Source: Minisyncoccia bacterium
GTDB taxonomy: Bacteria; Patescibacteriota; Minisyncoccia; UBA6257
Assembly: GCA_049967535.1 (NCBI GenBank)
Contig: JBMFSN010000001.1
Span: forward strand, 1 to 57,625
DNA: 57,625 nt
Reading direction: 5' to 3'
The notes beneath the pieces were generated by a model, which was given only the letters and a program-made list of their open reading frames with translations, did no database searches and was not told the DNA's origin. Below, piece after piece: positions 44,824-55,980 of the stretch. Each line of letters starts with the position of its first letter. Position 1 is the first letter of the stretch. Both the position numbers and the translations under genes were made by a program.

Positions 44824-44870
44824 AAATATAATAATAAATTTTTAATTTTTAATTTTTAAACTTTTGTTTG
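44824..44870 (-). repeat. Intergenic AAAATTA-type heptamer cassette (sense to rmuC)
   Basis: Reverse complement: caaacaaaagtttaaaaattaaaaattaaaaatttattattatattt, then ATG. Confidence 0.75.
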
Positions 44871-45986
44871 TCATTCTCCCTCTTTCTTTAATTCTTCTAA
44901 TAATTCTTTTGCTCTCTTAGAAAGATTCTTTGGAGTTTTTATTTTAACCGTAACATATAAATCACCAAAACCAACATTATTAAAATGTTTAATACCTTTG
45001 CCTCTTAAACGGAAAATTTCTCCCGAATCAGTCCCTGCCGGTATTTTTAATACTATTATTTTATGATCCAAAGTAGAAATTTCTTTTTCTGCTCCTAAGG
45101 CAGCTTCAGGAAAAGAAATATAAAGAGTCATAAATAAATCATCACCCTTTCTGGTAAAAACTGGATGAGATTTGATTAAAATCTTTAAATATAAATCACC
45201 GCTAGGATTACCTAAAATGCCTGCCTCACCCTCTTCTTTTATTTTAATTACCTCACCATCTCTTATTCCTTGAGGAATATCAACCCTGATTGTTTTGTTA
45301 TCATAATAACGTCCATCTCCTCCACAAACATGACAAGGTTCTTCTGGTATTTTTCCTCGACCATGACATTTAGGACATTCAGTAATTTGAGTAAAAACAC
45401 CAAAAATAGTTCGTTTAGTTTCTCGAATAACTCCTTCTCCTTTACAGGTAGGGCAGGTTTTTAATTTGGAACCAGGTTCATATCCCTTACCATGACAATG
45501 TTCGCAAGCCACATAAGTTTTAAAAGAAACTTCTTTTTTTACTCCATAAGCTGCTTCCTCTAAGGTTAATTCTACAGTTAGTTCTAAATCCCTTCCTCGA
45601 TTCTGATTTTTTGTTTTTTGTCTTTGTCTTGTTTCTCCTCCAAAAAAATCAGAAAAAATGTCGCTAAAATCAAATGTTTCCCCAAAATTAGATGAAAAAC
45701 TGAAGGGTTGTCCTTCAAAATTAATATTTTGCCAGTCAAAACCATTGAAACCAGCTTCTGTCCCTGCCCCGGTCTGAGCTCCTTCAAAAGTCGTTCCAAA
45801 TTTATCGTATTGAGCTCGTTTTTCTGGATCAATGAGAACATGGTAAGCCTCATTAATTTCTTTAAATTTTTCTGTATCCCCTCCTTTATCAGGATGATAT
45901 TTATGAGCTAACTTATAATAGGCATTTTTAATGTCGGATTGAGAAGCATTTTTTGGCACACCTAAAATTTCATAATAATCTTTCAT
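44871..45986 (-). CDS. dnaJ: Molecular chaperone DnaJ
   Basis: J domain (KDYYEILGV...HPDK), G/F region and four CxxCxGxG repeats ([32 protein letters not shown]). Confidence 0.95.
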   Translation of the reverse strand: MKDYYEILGVPKNASQSDIKNAYYKLAHKYHPDKGGDTEKFKEINEAYHVLIDPEKRAQYDKFGTTFEGAQTGAGTEAGFNGFDWQNINFEGQPFSFSSNFGETFDFSDIFSDFFGGETRQRQKTKNQNRGRDLELTVELTLEEAAYGVKKEVSFKTYVACEHCHGKGYEPGSKLKTCPTCKGEGVIRETKRTIFGVFTQITECPKCHGRGKIPEEPCHVCGGDGRYYDNKTIRVDIPQGIRDGEVIKIKEEGEAGILGNPSGDLYLKILIKSHPVFTRKGDDLFMTLYISFPEAALGAEKEISTLDHKIIVLKIPAGTDSGEIFRLRGKGIKHFNNVGFGDLYVTVKIKTPKNLSKRAKELLEELKKEGE

Positions 45987-46011
45987 ACAAATAATTTTTA
46001 TTAAATTTCTT

Positions 46012-47379
46012 TCAATTCAATAATCCTACCTGAGAAAAGATTAATTGAAGTTCTTGCTCTTTTTCTTTTAAAAGTGATTGGGTATGAGCTTCAATATTGG
46101 TTCTAATAAACGGTTCGGTATGAGCAGGGTGGAGATGAATCCAAAAATCTTTCCCCTGAATAATTATGCCATCATAGTGTTCAACCGTCATTCCTTTATC
46201 TAAATAATATTTTTCTACTTGAATTAATTTCTTTTCATATCCTTCATTTTGTTGATAATTAGTTTCTTGAGAATGAAAGTAAGGATTTGTTTCTTTTACC
46301 AATTCTGATAAAGTTTTTTTATTCTGAGATAATATTTCTAATAAGACAAGAAAGGCAATCATGCCAGAATCAGAATAAAAATTCTCTTTGAAATAAAAGT
46401 GTCCCGTATGTTCTCCTCCCAAAAGAGCGTCATTTTCTCTCATGGTCGCCTTCATAAAAGAATGGCCAATAGGAGACCTTATAGGGATGCCTTGATATTT
46501 TAAAATTGTTTCTTTGATAATCAGAGACGAAGCAGAATCGTACACTACTCTAGCCTTTGGATTACTAGGTAAGAAATGTTTAATAAAAAGAGCTAAAATT
46601 GTACTGGCTTCCACAAATTTTCCTTTTTCATCAATAAAAGCCACTCTATCAGCATCTCCATCAAAAATTACTCCTAAATCCAACTGCTTTTTTAAAACAA
46701 CTTCGGATAATTGCTTTAAAGCTTTGGGGTTGTTGGAATTCGGCAAATGATGAGGAAAGGTACCATCCAGTTTAAGATTTAAATAATGAGGGCGAAGAGA
46801 TAATCTCGAAACAATTTCTTCAATAATTAAACCCGCCATACCATTTGAGGTATCAATGGCAAGATGAAATGGTTTAATATTTTTTATTTGAATAAATGAT
46901 AACAGATGCTTGAGATAATCATTATGAATATTCTGCTTAACAATTTCTCCTTTTTGTACATTTAAAAGAACAAAATTATTAGAGGTTAAGATGTTTTGTA
47001 AAACTTGAAGTCCATTATCTTCATAGAGCATAATGGCTCCTTTTTTGCAGATTTTAAATCCATTATCCGAGGGAGGATTATGACTAGCCGTAATCATTAC
47101 TCCTGCCTCAAAGCCAAATTTTCCTACAGCAAAATAAAAAGCATCCGTGGAAACAAGGCCTAAATCAATCACCTCAGCTCCATTAGAAATAATCCCTTCC
47201 GACAAAGCCTGAAATAAAGACTCCGATGATAACCTAATATCTCTTCCTAAAGCAACGTTTTTACAAGCTAAATATTTTACTAATGATTGGCCTATTTTGA
47301 AAGCAACGTCTTCATTCAATTCATTAGGATAACTACCCCTAATATCATTTCCTTTAAAAATACCACTATAATAATCCAT
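46012..47379 (-). CDS. Phosphohexomutase (phosphomannomutase/phosphoglucomutase family)
   Basis: Active-site [13 protein letters not shown], metal loop FDGDADR, and GGEHTGH. Confidence 0.85.
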   Translation of the reverse strand: MDYYSGIFKGNDIRGSYPNELNEDVAFKIGQSLVKYLACKNVALGRDIRLSSESLFQALSEGIISNGAEVIDLGLVSTDAFYFAVGKFGFEAGVMITASHNPPSDNGFKICKKGAIMLYEDNGLQVLQNILTSNNFVLLNVQKGEIVKQNIHNDYLKHLLSFIQIKNIKPFHLAIDTSNGMAGLIIEEIVSRLSLRPHYLNLKLDGTFPHHLPNSNNPKALKQLSEVVLKKQLDLGVIFDGDADRVAFIDEKGKFVEASTILALFIKHFLPSNPKARVVYDSASSLIIKETILKYQGIPIRSPIGHSFMKATMRENDALLGGEHTGHFYFKENFYSDSGMIAFLVLLEILSQNKKTLSELVKETNPYFHSQETNYQQNEGYEKKLIQVEKYYLDKGMTVEHYDGIIIQGKDFWIHLHPAHTEPFIRTNIEAHTQSLLKEKEQELQLIFSQVGLLN

Positions 47380-47393
47380 TTATTTGAAAAAAA

Positions 47394-48350
47394 TTAAGCC
47401 AAAGCAATTTCATCTTTTTCTATTCCCACTTTTTTAATTTGAAGATATTTCACTAAAATTAGAAATTTGAATAACAACCAACTCAAAATAATAATAAGAG
47501 AACCAAAAAGATAATTAAAAGCAACTAAGATACTCCAGGCAGTAGTAAGAAACACAAAATAAACAATAATTTTCAGGGGAAAACTCATTGTTGACCAATG
47601 AAGTTTAAAATAATCAAAAAGTAAATTTGTAATAGTCTCTTTTCCTGTAATAGTCAAACCAAGCATTTGAGATAAACCTTCTCTTGTTTGCTTCAATAAT
47701 AATTGCTGAGCTGAATAGTTTAAAATACCCAATTGGCTACTTTCGGTTTTAAGATAAGCCAATAAGACATCATCTACCGTTCCGCCAAGATTAATACCCC
47801 TTATTATGCCGCCATTGGGGGAAATTAAATTATCCAGTTTATATTGACCAAGATCTAGATTATTTTTTTCAAAATAAACTAAAGAACCAATGACAATAAA
47901 AAAAACTAAACTAAGAAACAGAACTCCCTTGGAAATAATTCTTGATAAATTCAAATCAATTAAACTATTGGCTTCTATTTTCATTTTCCATCCAGCCCAA
48001 AAAAAGGAGATAATAATGGCCAAAATAACAAAAATAAGATTTTGATTCCGTGTTTGGTCTAAAATAATAGGTAAAAAAGGAACAACACTAAATAAAATAG
48101 TAAAGAAATAAAAATGACTTTTAGGAGCAACTAAGAAGAAAATAGGTAAAAGAGCAAAGGAGACTAGCCATAAAGCGCTCGCTCCAATTAAAATAGTTAA
48201 ACTGAAATTCTTAATTGCTCCCAAAGTTAAAAGAGAAGCTAGACTTAAACAACTAACAATAATTGCTACTAAGATCAGTGACTTTAAAGATTCACTCCGG
48301 TCTCGGTAAGCTAATTTATAAACTCGATAAAAATTAGAATCTTGAGGCAT
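47394..48350 (-). CDS. Hypothetical polytopic membrane protein embedded in the dnaK cluster
   Basis: 318 aa with multiple hydrophobic spans. No family recognised. Confidence 0.55.
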   Translation of the reverse strand: MPQDSNFYRVYKLAYRDRSESLKSLILVAIIVSCLSLASLLTLGAIKNFSLTILIGASALWLVSFALLPIFFLVAPKSHFYFFTILFSVVPFLPIILDQTRNQNLIFVILAIIISFFWAGWKMKIEANSLIDLNLSRIISKGVLFLSLVFFIVIGSLVYFEKNNLDLGQYKLDNLISPNGGIIRGINLGGTVDDVLLAYLKTESSQLGILNYSAQQLLLKQTREGLSQMLGLTITGKETITNLLFDYFKLHWSTMSFPLKIIVYFVFLTTAWSILVAFNYLFGSLIIILSWLLFKFLILVKYLQIKKVGIEKDEIALA

Positions 48351-48388
48351 TAATAACAGTATAACAATTTTGGCCTAGGAAAGCAAAA

Positions 48389-50326
48389 TTATTTTTCCTC
48401 AAAATTAGCATCCTGAGCATCTGGTGGTTCTTTTTTCTTCTCTTCTGATTGTTCTGGATTGCTATCTTCTGGCTTAGACTCTTGTGAACTGCCACCCGTC
48501 TGCTTATATAAAGCAGCTCCTAATTCCGATAAACTTTTGCTTAAATCATCAATGTTCTCTTTAATAGAGTTGACATCTGTTCCGTCTTTAACCCCTTTTA
48601 AGGCTTTTATTTTATCCTCTACTTGAGTTTTTAGATCACTGGGAGCTTTTTCAGCATTATCCTTTAAAGTTTTTTCTGCTGTATAAATTAAAGTTTCTGC
48701 ATTATTCTTGATTTCTGCTAGCTCTTTCTTTTGTTTATCTTCATTAGCATATATCTCTGCCTCATGCTTTAACTTTTCTATTTCTTCTTTAGATAAACCA
48801 GTAGAACCCTCAATTCTTACTGCCTGAGTTTTACCTGACGCTTTGTCTTTTGCAGTCACATTTAAAATTCCATTGGCATCAATGTCAAAAGTTACTTCTA
48901 TTTGAGGTAAACCTCGAGGAGCAGGAGGAAGACCATCTAAGATAAACTTACCTAAAGAACGACAGTCATTAGCCATTGGCCTTTCACCTTGCAAAACATT
49001 AATTTCTACTGAGGTCTGGTTATCAGAAGCTGTAGAAAAAATCTGACTCTTCGAAACAGGAATAGTGGTATTTTTATTAATCATGATAGTATTGATTCCT
49101 CCCAATGTCTCAATTCCCAAAGATAAGGGAAGAACATCCAAGAGGACAACATTTTTTATTTCTCCCTCTGTTCCTCTCCCCTCAGCTGTGGCTGTCAAAA
49201 TTTCTGCCTCAATAGCTGCGCCAATAGCCACAATTTCTTCTGGATTAATAGATTTATTGGGTTCTTTACCAAAAAAAGCTTTTACATTATCCCGCACACT
49301 AGGAATCAAAGTTGTTCCTCCTACTAAAACTATTTCCTCTATTGCTTCCTTCTCTAGATGGGCGTCCTTTAATGTTTCTTTCACTTTTTCAATAGATTGA
49401 TCTATTAGATCTTTTACTAGCTCATTAAACTTAGCTCTTGTTATTTTGGTATATAGATGCTTAGGACCAGAAGCATCAGCAGAAATATAGGGTAAATTAA
49501 TTTCTGTCTCTAGGGTACTTGATAATTCTATCTTGGCTTTTTCGGCTGCCTCCTTTATTCTCTGAAGAGCCAGAGGATCTTTTGAAAGATCCATTCCTTG
49601 CTCTTTCTTAAAATCTGCTAATACCCAATCAATAATTCTTTGGTCAAAATCCTTACCCCCAAGATGAGCTGCTCCTCCAGTAGCCAAAACCTCTACTGTT
49701 TCTGGGGCAACATCAAGGATGGTAACATCAAAAGTTCCTCCTCCAAAATCATAAACTAAAACCTTTTGAGCTTGTTTTTTACCCAAGCCATAAGCTAAAG
49801 CAGCTGCTGTTGGTTCATTAATTACCCTCAAGACCTTGAAGCCAGCAATTTCTCCTGCTGTTTTAGTAGCTTTTCTTTGAGAATCATCAAAATTAGCTGG
49901 ACAAGTAATTACAGCACTTTCCACTTTTTCTCCTAATTTTTCTTCCGCATCTAATTTTAATTTTTGTAAGATCATGGAAGAAATTTCAATGGGGCTATAC
50001 CATTTGTCACCCATCTTTACCTCCACCTCTCCATCACTTCTTTTTCGTGTTTCATAAGGCAGTTTTTTTATTTCTTTTTGAATTTCTGGATCATCAAATT
50101 TTCTGCCAATAAATCTTTTCACCTCAAAAATAGTATTTTGAGGATTAGTAACCACTTGCCTTTTGGCTAAATCACCCACCAATCTTTCGCTATTTTTAGT
50201 AATAGCAACCACTGAAGGGGTTAAAATAGAACCTTCTCTATTTTCTAAACATTTGGGTTCCCCTTGAACAATGGAAGCCATTTTTGATATTGAAGTTCCT
50301 AAATCAATTCCTAATATTTTTGACAT
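48389..50326 (-). CDS. dnaK: Molecular chaperone DnaK (Hsp70)
   Basis: [29 protein letters not shown] and a substrate-binding domain. Confidence 0.97.
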   Translation of the reverse strand: MSKILGIDLGTSISKMASIVQGEPKCLENREGSILTPSVVAITKNSERLVGDLAKRQVVTNPQNTIFEVKRFIGRKFDDPEIQKEIKKLPYETRKRSDGEVEVKMGDKWYSPIEISSMILQKLKLDAEEKLGEKVESAVITCPANFDDSQRKATKTAGEIAGFKVLRVINEPTAAALAYGLGKKQAQKVLVYDFGGGTFDVTILDVAPETVEVLATGGAAHLGGKDFDQRIIDWVLADFKKEQGMDLSKDPLALQRIKEAAEKAKIELSSTLETEINLPYISADASGPKHLYTKITRAKFNELVKDLIDQSIEKVKETLKDAHLEKEAIEEIVLVGGTTLIPSVRDNVKAFFGKEPNKSINPEEIVAIGAAIEAEILTATAEGRGTEGEIKNVVLLDVLPLSLGIETLGGINTIMINKNTTIPVSKSQIFSTASDNQTSVEINVLQGERPMANDCRSLGKFILDGLPPAPRGLPQIEVTFDIDANGILNVTAKDKASGKTQAVRIEGSTGLSKEEIEKLKHEAEIYANEDKQKKELAEIKNNAETLIYTAEKTLKDNAEKAPSDLKTQVEDKIKALKGVKDGTDVNSIKENIDDLSKSLSELGAALYKQTGGSSQESKPEDSNPEQSEEKKKEPPDAQDANFEEK

Positions 50327-50342
50327 ATTTGTTATTTGTTAG

Positions 50343-50888
50343 TTATTTTTTGTTATTTGTTTTTGCGACCGCGACCCTAACAGGCCTAATTAATTTACCA
50401 TTAAAACGATAGCCTTTCTGAAATACTTCGACAATGGTACCAGGGGGCACAGAAGAATTTTCTACTTCTGAAATAATTTCATTTTGATTCAAATCTGGCA
50501 TTGCTCCTTTTTCTGCTTGAATCTCTTCTAGTCCCTCCTTCTTCATAACATCCTCTAATTGATTCTTGATTAAATAAATCCCTTTTAAATATTTATCCTT
50601 TTCTTTTGATTGACTATTATTTTCTAAACTTTCAATGGCAAGTTCAAAACTATCTAAAATGGTAATAAGTTCTTTTACAAGACGTTCATTAGCAAACTTT
50701 ATTACTCCTCTCAATCTTTCCTCTTCTTCTTTCTTGTAATTAATCAAATCGGCTCTGGCCTTCTGGTAATCATTAATATACTTATCTCTTTCTTTCTTTA
50801 ATGCTTCTATCTCTAGGCCATCATTTAGAGGTTTAGTTTTTTCGTTTTTTTGATCTTGATTGTTTTCTGAGTTATTTTTGTTATCCAT
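50343..50888 (-). CDS. grpE: Nucleotide exchange factor GrpE
   Basis: RARADLINYKKEEE, LDSFELA and a GKLIRPVRVAV C-terminus. Confidence 0.9.
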   Translation of the reverse strand: MDNKNNSENNQDQKNEKTKPLNDGLEIEALKKERDKYINDYQKARADLINYKKEEEERLRGVIKFANERLVKELITILDSFELAIESLENNSQSKEKDKYLKGIYLIKNQLEDVMKKEGLEEIQAEKGAMPDLNQNEIISEVENSSVPPGTIVEVFQKGYRFNGKLIRPVRVAVAKTNNKK

Positions 50889-50907
50889 ATTTTTTAATTT
50901 TTAATAT

Positions 50908-50947
50908 ATCGACGCCAATATACGAATGAATACGAATTATACGAATA
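50908..50947 (-). repeat. 40-bp ATTCGTA-type upstream element shared with the PD-(D/E)XK nuclease gene
   Basis: The reverse complement, tattcgtataattcgtattcattcgtatattggcgtcgat, matches 20226..20265 (tattcgtataattcgtatccattcatatatttgcatcgat) at 36/40. Confidence 0.8.
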
Positions 50948-51008
50948 TATATCTTATCTTCCATTTTTTCATTCATATCATTCGTAAGATTTGTATATTA
51001 GTATCGTG

Positions 51009-51719
51009 TTATCTTCTTTCTGCTACGGCCTTTAATAAACTAATATTTTTATCGTAAGGCATTCTTTTATTCCCCAAAATGCCTAAAATATTTTTTGAGC
51101 GATGGGTTTGAGCCAAAACAGCGCTAAATTCATCGGACTTAATAAAGGGGTTATCTCGGCCAATAAAAACTAATGGTTCGTTTTTTATTTTAATATTTTT
51201 CACCTGTTCATCTAAAGTTTCTAAGGATTCAGCGATTTTAGGAACCAGTTCTAAAGCTGAATCCAGATCTGTTAAAATACTAGAAAAAATATATTTTAAA
51301 CCACATTTTTTCACTTCATCGCTTTCTTTAATATAACAAAAACTGAGAGACTGGCTAGTATTAGAAATAAAATTAATAATTTCTTCCCAATTATTTCTTG
51401 ATTCTTCTCTAGTTTGAATGATTTTATCCCATTTTTCCATCCAGGAGTTTATAATATTTTTCTCGGAAAGAATATCCACAAAAAATCTCCAAGCTTTGTC
51501 AGTAGGAACTCTCCCTCCGGAAATATGAAATTTATATAAATATCCCTCTTCTGTTAATTCCTGAAAATCATTTCTAATAGTCGCTGGACTAACATTAAAA
51601 TTATAATGAACAACTAAAAACTGAGAGGCAATTGGCTCTCCTTTTTGGATATAGGATTTTACTAGCTTTTCTAAAATTCCCTTCTGGCGATTTTTTAATT
51701 TGGAATTAAAATTTCTCAT
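51009..51719 (-). CDS. hrcA: Heat-inducible transcription repressor HrcA (short form, 236 aa)
   Basis: N-terminal winged helix (EPIASQFLVVHYNFNVSPATIRNDFQELTEEGYLYKFHISGGRVPTDKAWRFFV). Gene order is hrcA-grpE-dnaK, with CIRCE upstream. Confidence 0.8.
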   Translation of the reverse strand: MRNFNSKLKNRQKGILEKLVKSYIQKGEPIASQFLVVHYNFNVSPATIRNDFQELTEEGYLYKFHISGGRVPTDKAWRFFVDILSEKNIINSWMEKWDKIIQTREESRNNWEEIINFISNTSQSLSFCYIKESDEVKKCGLKYIFSSILTDLDSALELVPKIAESLETLDEQVKNIKIKNEPLVFIGRDNPFIKSDEFSAVLAQTHRSKNILGILGNKRMPYDKNISLLKAVAERR

Positions 51720-51740
51720 CAGGTTCTTATCTCTTTATTT

Positions 51741-51777
51741 ATTATACTCGTTAGCAATCAAATGTCAAGAGTGCTAA
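51741..51777 (-). promoter_or_regulatory. hrcA promoter overlapping a near-consensus CIRCE operator
   Basis: CIRCE is TTAGCAATC-N9-GAGTGCTAA at 51751..51777. On the minus strand, TTGACA (51768..51763) sits inside the CIRCE spacer, then 16 nt, then TATAAT (51746..51741). Confidence 0.75.
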
Positions 51778-51778
51778 C

Positions 51779-51814
51779 CCAGAATTTGGCCTGCCTGCGC
51801 AGGCAGGAATCTGG
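51779..51814. repeat. GC-rich perfect palindrome with extended arms
   Basis: CCTGCCTGCGCAGGCAGG (51790..51807) is an 18-bp perfect palindrome, flanked by CCAGAATTT / AATCTGG arms. Confidence 0.7.
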
Positions 51815-51890
51815 AATCTGGAATACAATAATACATTTTTAATTTTTCATTTTTAAACAATTATACTCAATACTCTATACTCAATACTTC
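51815..51890 (-). repeat. Intergenic modular heptamer cassette oriented toward hrcA
   Basis: Plus strand: aatctggaatacaataatacatttttaatttttcatttttaaacaattatactcaatactctatactcaatacttc. This is the reverse complement of the TTGAGTA / AATTGTTTAAAA / AAAATTA architecture. Confidence 0.8.
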
Positions 51891-51985
51891 TTTATTCGCC
51901 CCTTTTCCACTATTTACTCACAAAAACAGTTGTCTCAATTTGAATCTCATGATAAACTAAAGAAGTAATATTTAAAACTATTTCT

Positions 51986-52894
51986 ATGCGGCAAATATAT
52001 AAAGGCAAAATAACCTGGGTAGATATTACTGCGCCAGATGAAGAAGATATTAAATATCTACAAAAAAATTATCATTTTCACCCTTTAATTCTAAAGGAAC
52101 TTGAAACCCTCAGCCAAAGAAATAAAGCTGAGATTTATGACAATTATCTTTTTCTTGTGACCCATTTTCCTAATTGGGACTCCCAAAAACAAATTTCTCT
52201 TCCCTGGGAAGTAGATCTTATTATTGCCCAAAAATATTTAATCACCGTTAGTTATGATGATTCTTCAGAAGCTCATTTAGAACTTAAGGAAAAAATTTAT
52301 CAAAAAGATTTTGAACATGAATATCTTAGCGATACTGTAAAATTGCTTTATTTCATTTTTGAACATTATCTTGAATTTGCTGATAGGCAAATTACTCATA
52401 TTCAAACTAAAATTAATAATATTGAAGAACAAATTTTCCAACACAAACAAGAAGAAGTTATTCCTCAACTCTCCTTTGTTAAAAGAGATATTTTAAATTT
52501 TCGAAGAATTTTTAACTATTTAAAAGAAGATCTTAATTCTTTAAACAGAAAAGGAAAATTACTGCTTGGAGATGATTACAAAATCTATTTTGATGATCTC
52601 GTTGGTGATAGTCTTAAGTTAGATAATGTGATTGACAATTTTAAAGACACTCTAGAGGCTTTAGAAAATACCAATAATTCTTTTATCGAGCATAAAATCA
52701 ATATTTTAACTAGGATTTATACTATTATTTCTTTCATGACTCTACCAACTATTTTAGTGATTAGTCTATACCAAACCAATACTCATTATCTCCCTTTTGT
52801 TGGCTCTCGTTATGATACTTTAATTGTTTTATTAATTGCCCTCACCCCTTCTTTCCTTGTTTATCTATACTTAAGAAAGAAAAAGCTCCTCTAA
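51986..52894 (+). CDS. CorA-like divalent cation transporter with non-canonical pore motif
   Basis: CorA architecture: cytoplasmic domain plus two C-terminal TMs, TLPTILVISLYQTNTHYLPF...LYLRKKKLL. YQTN (52769..52780) occupies the position of the YGMN signature. Confidence 0.7.
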   Translation: MRQIYKGKITWVDITAPDEEDIKYLQKNYHFHPLILKELETLSQRNKAEIYDNYLFLVTHFPNWDSQKQISLPWEVDLIIAQKYLITVSYDDSSEAHLELKEKIYQKDFEHEYLSDTVKLLYFIFEHYLEFADRQITHIQTKINNIEEQIFQHKQEEVIPQLSFVKRDILNFRRIFNYLKEDLNSLNRKGKLLLGDDYKIYFDDLVGDSLKLDNVIDNFKDTLEALENTNNSFIEHKINILTRIYTIISFMTLPTILVISLYQTNTHYLPFVGSRYDTLIVLLIALTPSFLVYLYLRKKKLL

Positions 52895-52906
52895 TTACCT
52901 CTCAAT

Positions 52907-54403
52907 ATGATTAAGTTATACAATACTCTTACTCACAAGAAAGAAACTTTTAAACCCTTACATAATAAAAAGGTGACTCTTTATACCTGTGGGCCAACTG
53001 TCTATTCTTATGCCCATATCGGTAATTTAAGAACCTACCTTTTTGAAGATATTCTCAAAAGAGTTTTGATTATCAATGGTTATAAAGTTAAACACTTGAT
53101 GAATATTACTGATGTTGGCCATTTAACCTCTGATGCTGATACGGGTGAAGATAAAATGGAAAAAGAGGCTAAAAACGAAAAGAAAACTGCCTGGCAAATT
53201 GCCGAATTTTATACTCAAGCTTTCTTTGAAGATATTAAAAAATTAAATATTATTAAACCTAATCTTATAAAAAAAGCCACTGATTATGTTTCAGAAGATA
53301 TTGAACTTATTAAAGCTTTAGAAAAAAATGGCTTTACCTACAAAACTTCCGATGGTATTTATTTTGACTCTTCAAAACTGAAAGATTACGGCAAACTCAC
53401 AGGAATGAATTTTACTACCTTAAATCAAGCTCTTCAAGCTGGTGCCCGAATTGAAATTTCTCCCGAAAAAAAGAATATTACTGATTTTTCCTTATGGAAA
53501 TTCTCGCCTCAAGATGTTAAAAGGCAAATGGAATGGAATTCTCCTTGGGGGATTGGTTTTCCTGGTTGGCATATTGAATGCGCTACTTTAAATTTAAAAT
53601 TTCTAGCTCAAGCCTTCCGGGGTAAACAGTTGGTGCCAGAAAAAGCTCAAACTATTGATATTCATTGCGGTGGTATTGACCATATCCCTATTCATCATAC
53701 TAATGAAATTGCTCAGGTAGAAGCAGTAACTCATAAACCATTTGTTAAATATTGGTTACATGGTGAATTTTTAAAGTTACCTAAAGCTAGAATGGGAAAA
53801 TCAGAAGGTAATGCGATTCTCTTAAACAGTTTAATAGATGAAGGTTTCTCTCCTCTTAGTTATCGTTATTTAGTTTTAAATACTCACTATCGTGCTCCTT
53901 TGGATTTTTCTTTTGAAGCTCTCCGAGCTAGCCAAGAAACTCTTTTGAAAATTTATGATTTTATTTATGATATTCTCTTTAAAATCCACTATTTTAAAAC
54001 TCATAAAATAAAAATTAATCAACCATCATCGTTTGATTTGAAGCAATACCAAGATAAATTTCTTCAAGCTATAAATAATGATCTTAATACCCCTCAAGCC
54101 TTAGCTATTCTTTGGGAACTTATTAATCAGTCTCAAAAAAACATCAATCAATTTTCTCTTAAAGATCTCAAAAATATCTATCAGTCAATGTTATTTTTTG
54201 ATAAGATTCTTGGTTTAAATTTTGAGAAAATTAAACTAATTAAAATTACTAACCCTCTGCGCAAATTAATAGCGGAACGAGAAATTAGCCGTCAAAATAA
54301 AGACTGGTCTCAGGCTGATGAAATCCGAAAGCAAATAGAACAATTAGGTTACACTATTAAAGATACATCGTTTGGTCCTCAACTTAAACCCCGCACTTTT
54401 TAA
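52907..54403 (+). CDS. cysS: Cysteine--tRNA ligase
   Basis: [16 protein letters not shown] (HIGH), GWHIECA, and KMGKSEGN (KMSKS). Confidence 0.92.
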   Translation: MIKLYNTLTHKKETFKPLHNKKVTLYTCGPTVYSYAHIGNLRTYLFEDILKRVLIINGYKVKHLMNITDVGHLTSDADTGEDKMEKEAKNEKKTAWQIAEFYTQAFFEDIKKLNIIKPNLIKKATDYVSEDIELIKALEKNGFTYKTSDGIYFDSSKLKDYGKLTGMNFTTLNQALQAGARIEISPEKKNITDFSLWKFSPQDVKRQMEWNSPWGIGFPGWHIECATLNLKFLAQAFRGKQLVPEKAQTIDIHCGGIDHIPIHHTNEIAQVEAVTHKPFVKYWLHGEFLKLPKARMGKSEGNAILLNSLIDEGFSPLSYRYLVLNTHYRAPLDFSFEALRASQETLLKIYDFIYDILFKIHYFKTHKIKINQPSSFDLKQYQDKFLQAINNDLNTPQALAILWELINQSQKNINQFSLKDLKNIYQSMLFFDKILGLNFEKIKLIKITNPLRKLIAEREISRQNKDWSQADEIRKQIEQLGYTIKDTSFGPQLKPRTF

Positions 54404-54488
54404 GAATTAGCTTCGCTTAAAAATAATAATTTATTCTTAAAAGGTGTGGGACGAAGGATCTCTGGGTTTATCCCAGTTACATTAAATT

Positions 54489-55868
54489 ATGACTCCCATT
54501 CCTCAAGATAAAATGCCCCCTCAAAATCCTGAAGCTGAGGAATCAGTTTTAGGCTCTATTATTATTGATAATGACGCTTTGATCAAAGTAGCTGATATCA
54601 TTGGCCCAGATGATTTTTATGTTCCTGCTCATCGTCATATTTTTGAGGCTATTCTTGATTTGTATTACAAAAATGCTCCGATTGATATTTTATCTTTATC
54701 TAATCGTTTAGAAGAAAAGAAATTATTAAGCGAGGTAGGAGGAGCCAGTTTCTTAACTTCTTTGGTAAATAAAACACCCACTAGTGCTCATATTCTTCAT
54801 TATGCCGAGATTATTCACCAGAAAAAAGTTTTGCGCGACCTGATTGCTGCTTCATATAAGATAGCTGAATTAGGTTGGAATGAATCAGAGGATATTGAGG
54901 ATTTATTAGACCAAGCCGAACAAACTATTTTTACTATTTCTCAAAAATCAGTTTCTCAAGATTTTATCATCTTAAAAGATGAACTTACTAAAGCCTTTGA
55001 AAGAATCGATCAATTACAAAAAGGAGGTGGTAAATTAAGAGGAGTACCTACTGGTTTTGAGGCTTTAGATAACTATCTCTCTGGATTGCAAAAATCTGAT
55101 TTAATTATTTTAGGTGCCCGACCTTCTATTGGTAAAACTTCTTTAGCCATGGATATTGCCAGAAATATTGCTCTAAAAGAAAAAGTTCCTGTAGGAATTT
55201 TCAGTTTAGAAATGTCTAAAGATCAAGTAGTCGACCGCCTTATTGCTGCCGAATCAACAGTTGACCTTTGGAAAATTAGAACTGGTCATCTTTCTACTGA
55301 TGGAGAAATTAATGATTTTTCCCTTATTCAAGATGCCTTTAGCCGCTTATCAGAAGCTCCTATTTATATTGATGACGCCGCGTCCCCTACGGTTATGCAA
55401 ATGAGAACAATGGCTCGCAGGCTATTATCTCAAAGTAATTTAGGATTAATTATTGTGGATTATCTTCAATTAATCACCCCTATGATGACCAGAGAAAGCA
55501 CGGTTCAACAATATTCAGAGGTTTCTCGTTCTTTAAAGAGTTTAGCTCGAGAGTTGAATATTCCTATCTTAGCTCTTTCTCAACTTTCCCGAGCTGTGGA
55601 ACAACGTTCTCCGGCTATTCCTCGGCTTTCTGATTTAAGAGAAACAGGAAGCTTAGAGCAAGATGCAGATGTGGTTCTCTTTATTTATCGCGAGGATAAA
55701 TATTATCCAGAGTCAGAAAGAAAGAATATTGCCGATATCATAATTGCCAAACATCGCAATGGCCCTTTAGGAAAAGCTTCTTTATATTTTAATGAACAAT
55801 TAGCTAGTTTCAGAAACTTAGAAAAAGAAGAAAAATACGGCGAGTTAGACGAATTAGAAGGAGAATAA
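54489..55868 (+). CDS. dnaB: Replicative DNA helicase DnaB
   Basis: PQNPEAEESVLGSIIIDN, GARPSIGKTSLAMD Walker A, IIVDYLQLI, LSQLSR and IIAKHRNGP. Confidence 0.93.
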   Translation: MTPIPQDKMPPQNPEAEESVLGSIIIDNDALIKVADIIGPDDFYVPAHRHIFEAILDLYYKNAPIDILSLSNRLEEKKLLSEVGGASFLTSLVNKTPTSAHILHYAEIIHQKKVLRDLIAASYKIAELGWNESEDIEDLLDQAEQTIFTISQKSVSQDFIILKDELTKAFERIDQLQKGGGKLRGVPTGFEALDNYLSGLQKSDLIILGARPSIGKTSLAMDIARNIALKEKVPVGIFSLEMSKDQVVDRLIAAESTVDLWKIRTGHLSTDGEINDFSLIQDAFSRLSEAPIYIDDAASPTVMQMRTMARRLLSQSNLGLIIVDYLQLITPMMTRESTVQQYSEVSRSLKSLARELNIPILALSQLSRAVEQRSPAIPRLSDLRETGSLEQDADVVLFIYREDKYYPESERKNIADIIIAKHRNGPLGKASLYFNEQLASFRNLEKEEKYGELDELEGE

Positions 55869-55980
55869 TTTGGAATAAATTTTTAATTTTTAATTTTTAA
55901 ACAATTATACTCAATACTGAATACAGAATACAGAATACTGAATACTTATTTTTGTTATTTGGAATTTTAAATTATAATGT
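55869..55980 (-). repeat. Intergenic modular heptamer cassette in reverse orientation between two plus-strand genes
   Basis: aaatttttaatttttaatttttaaacaattatactcaatactgaatacagaatacagaatactgaatac. Confidence 0.85.
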
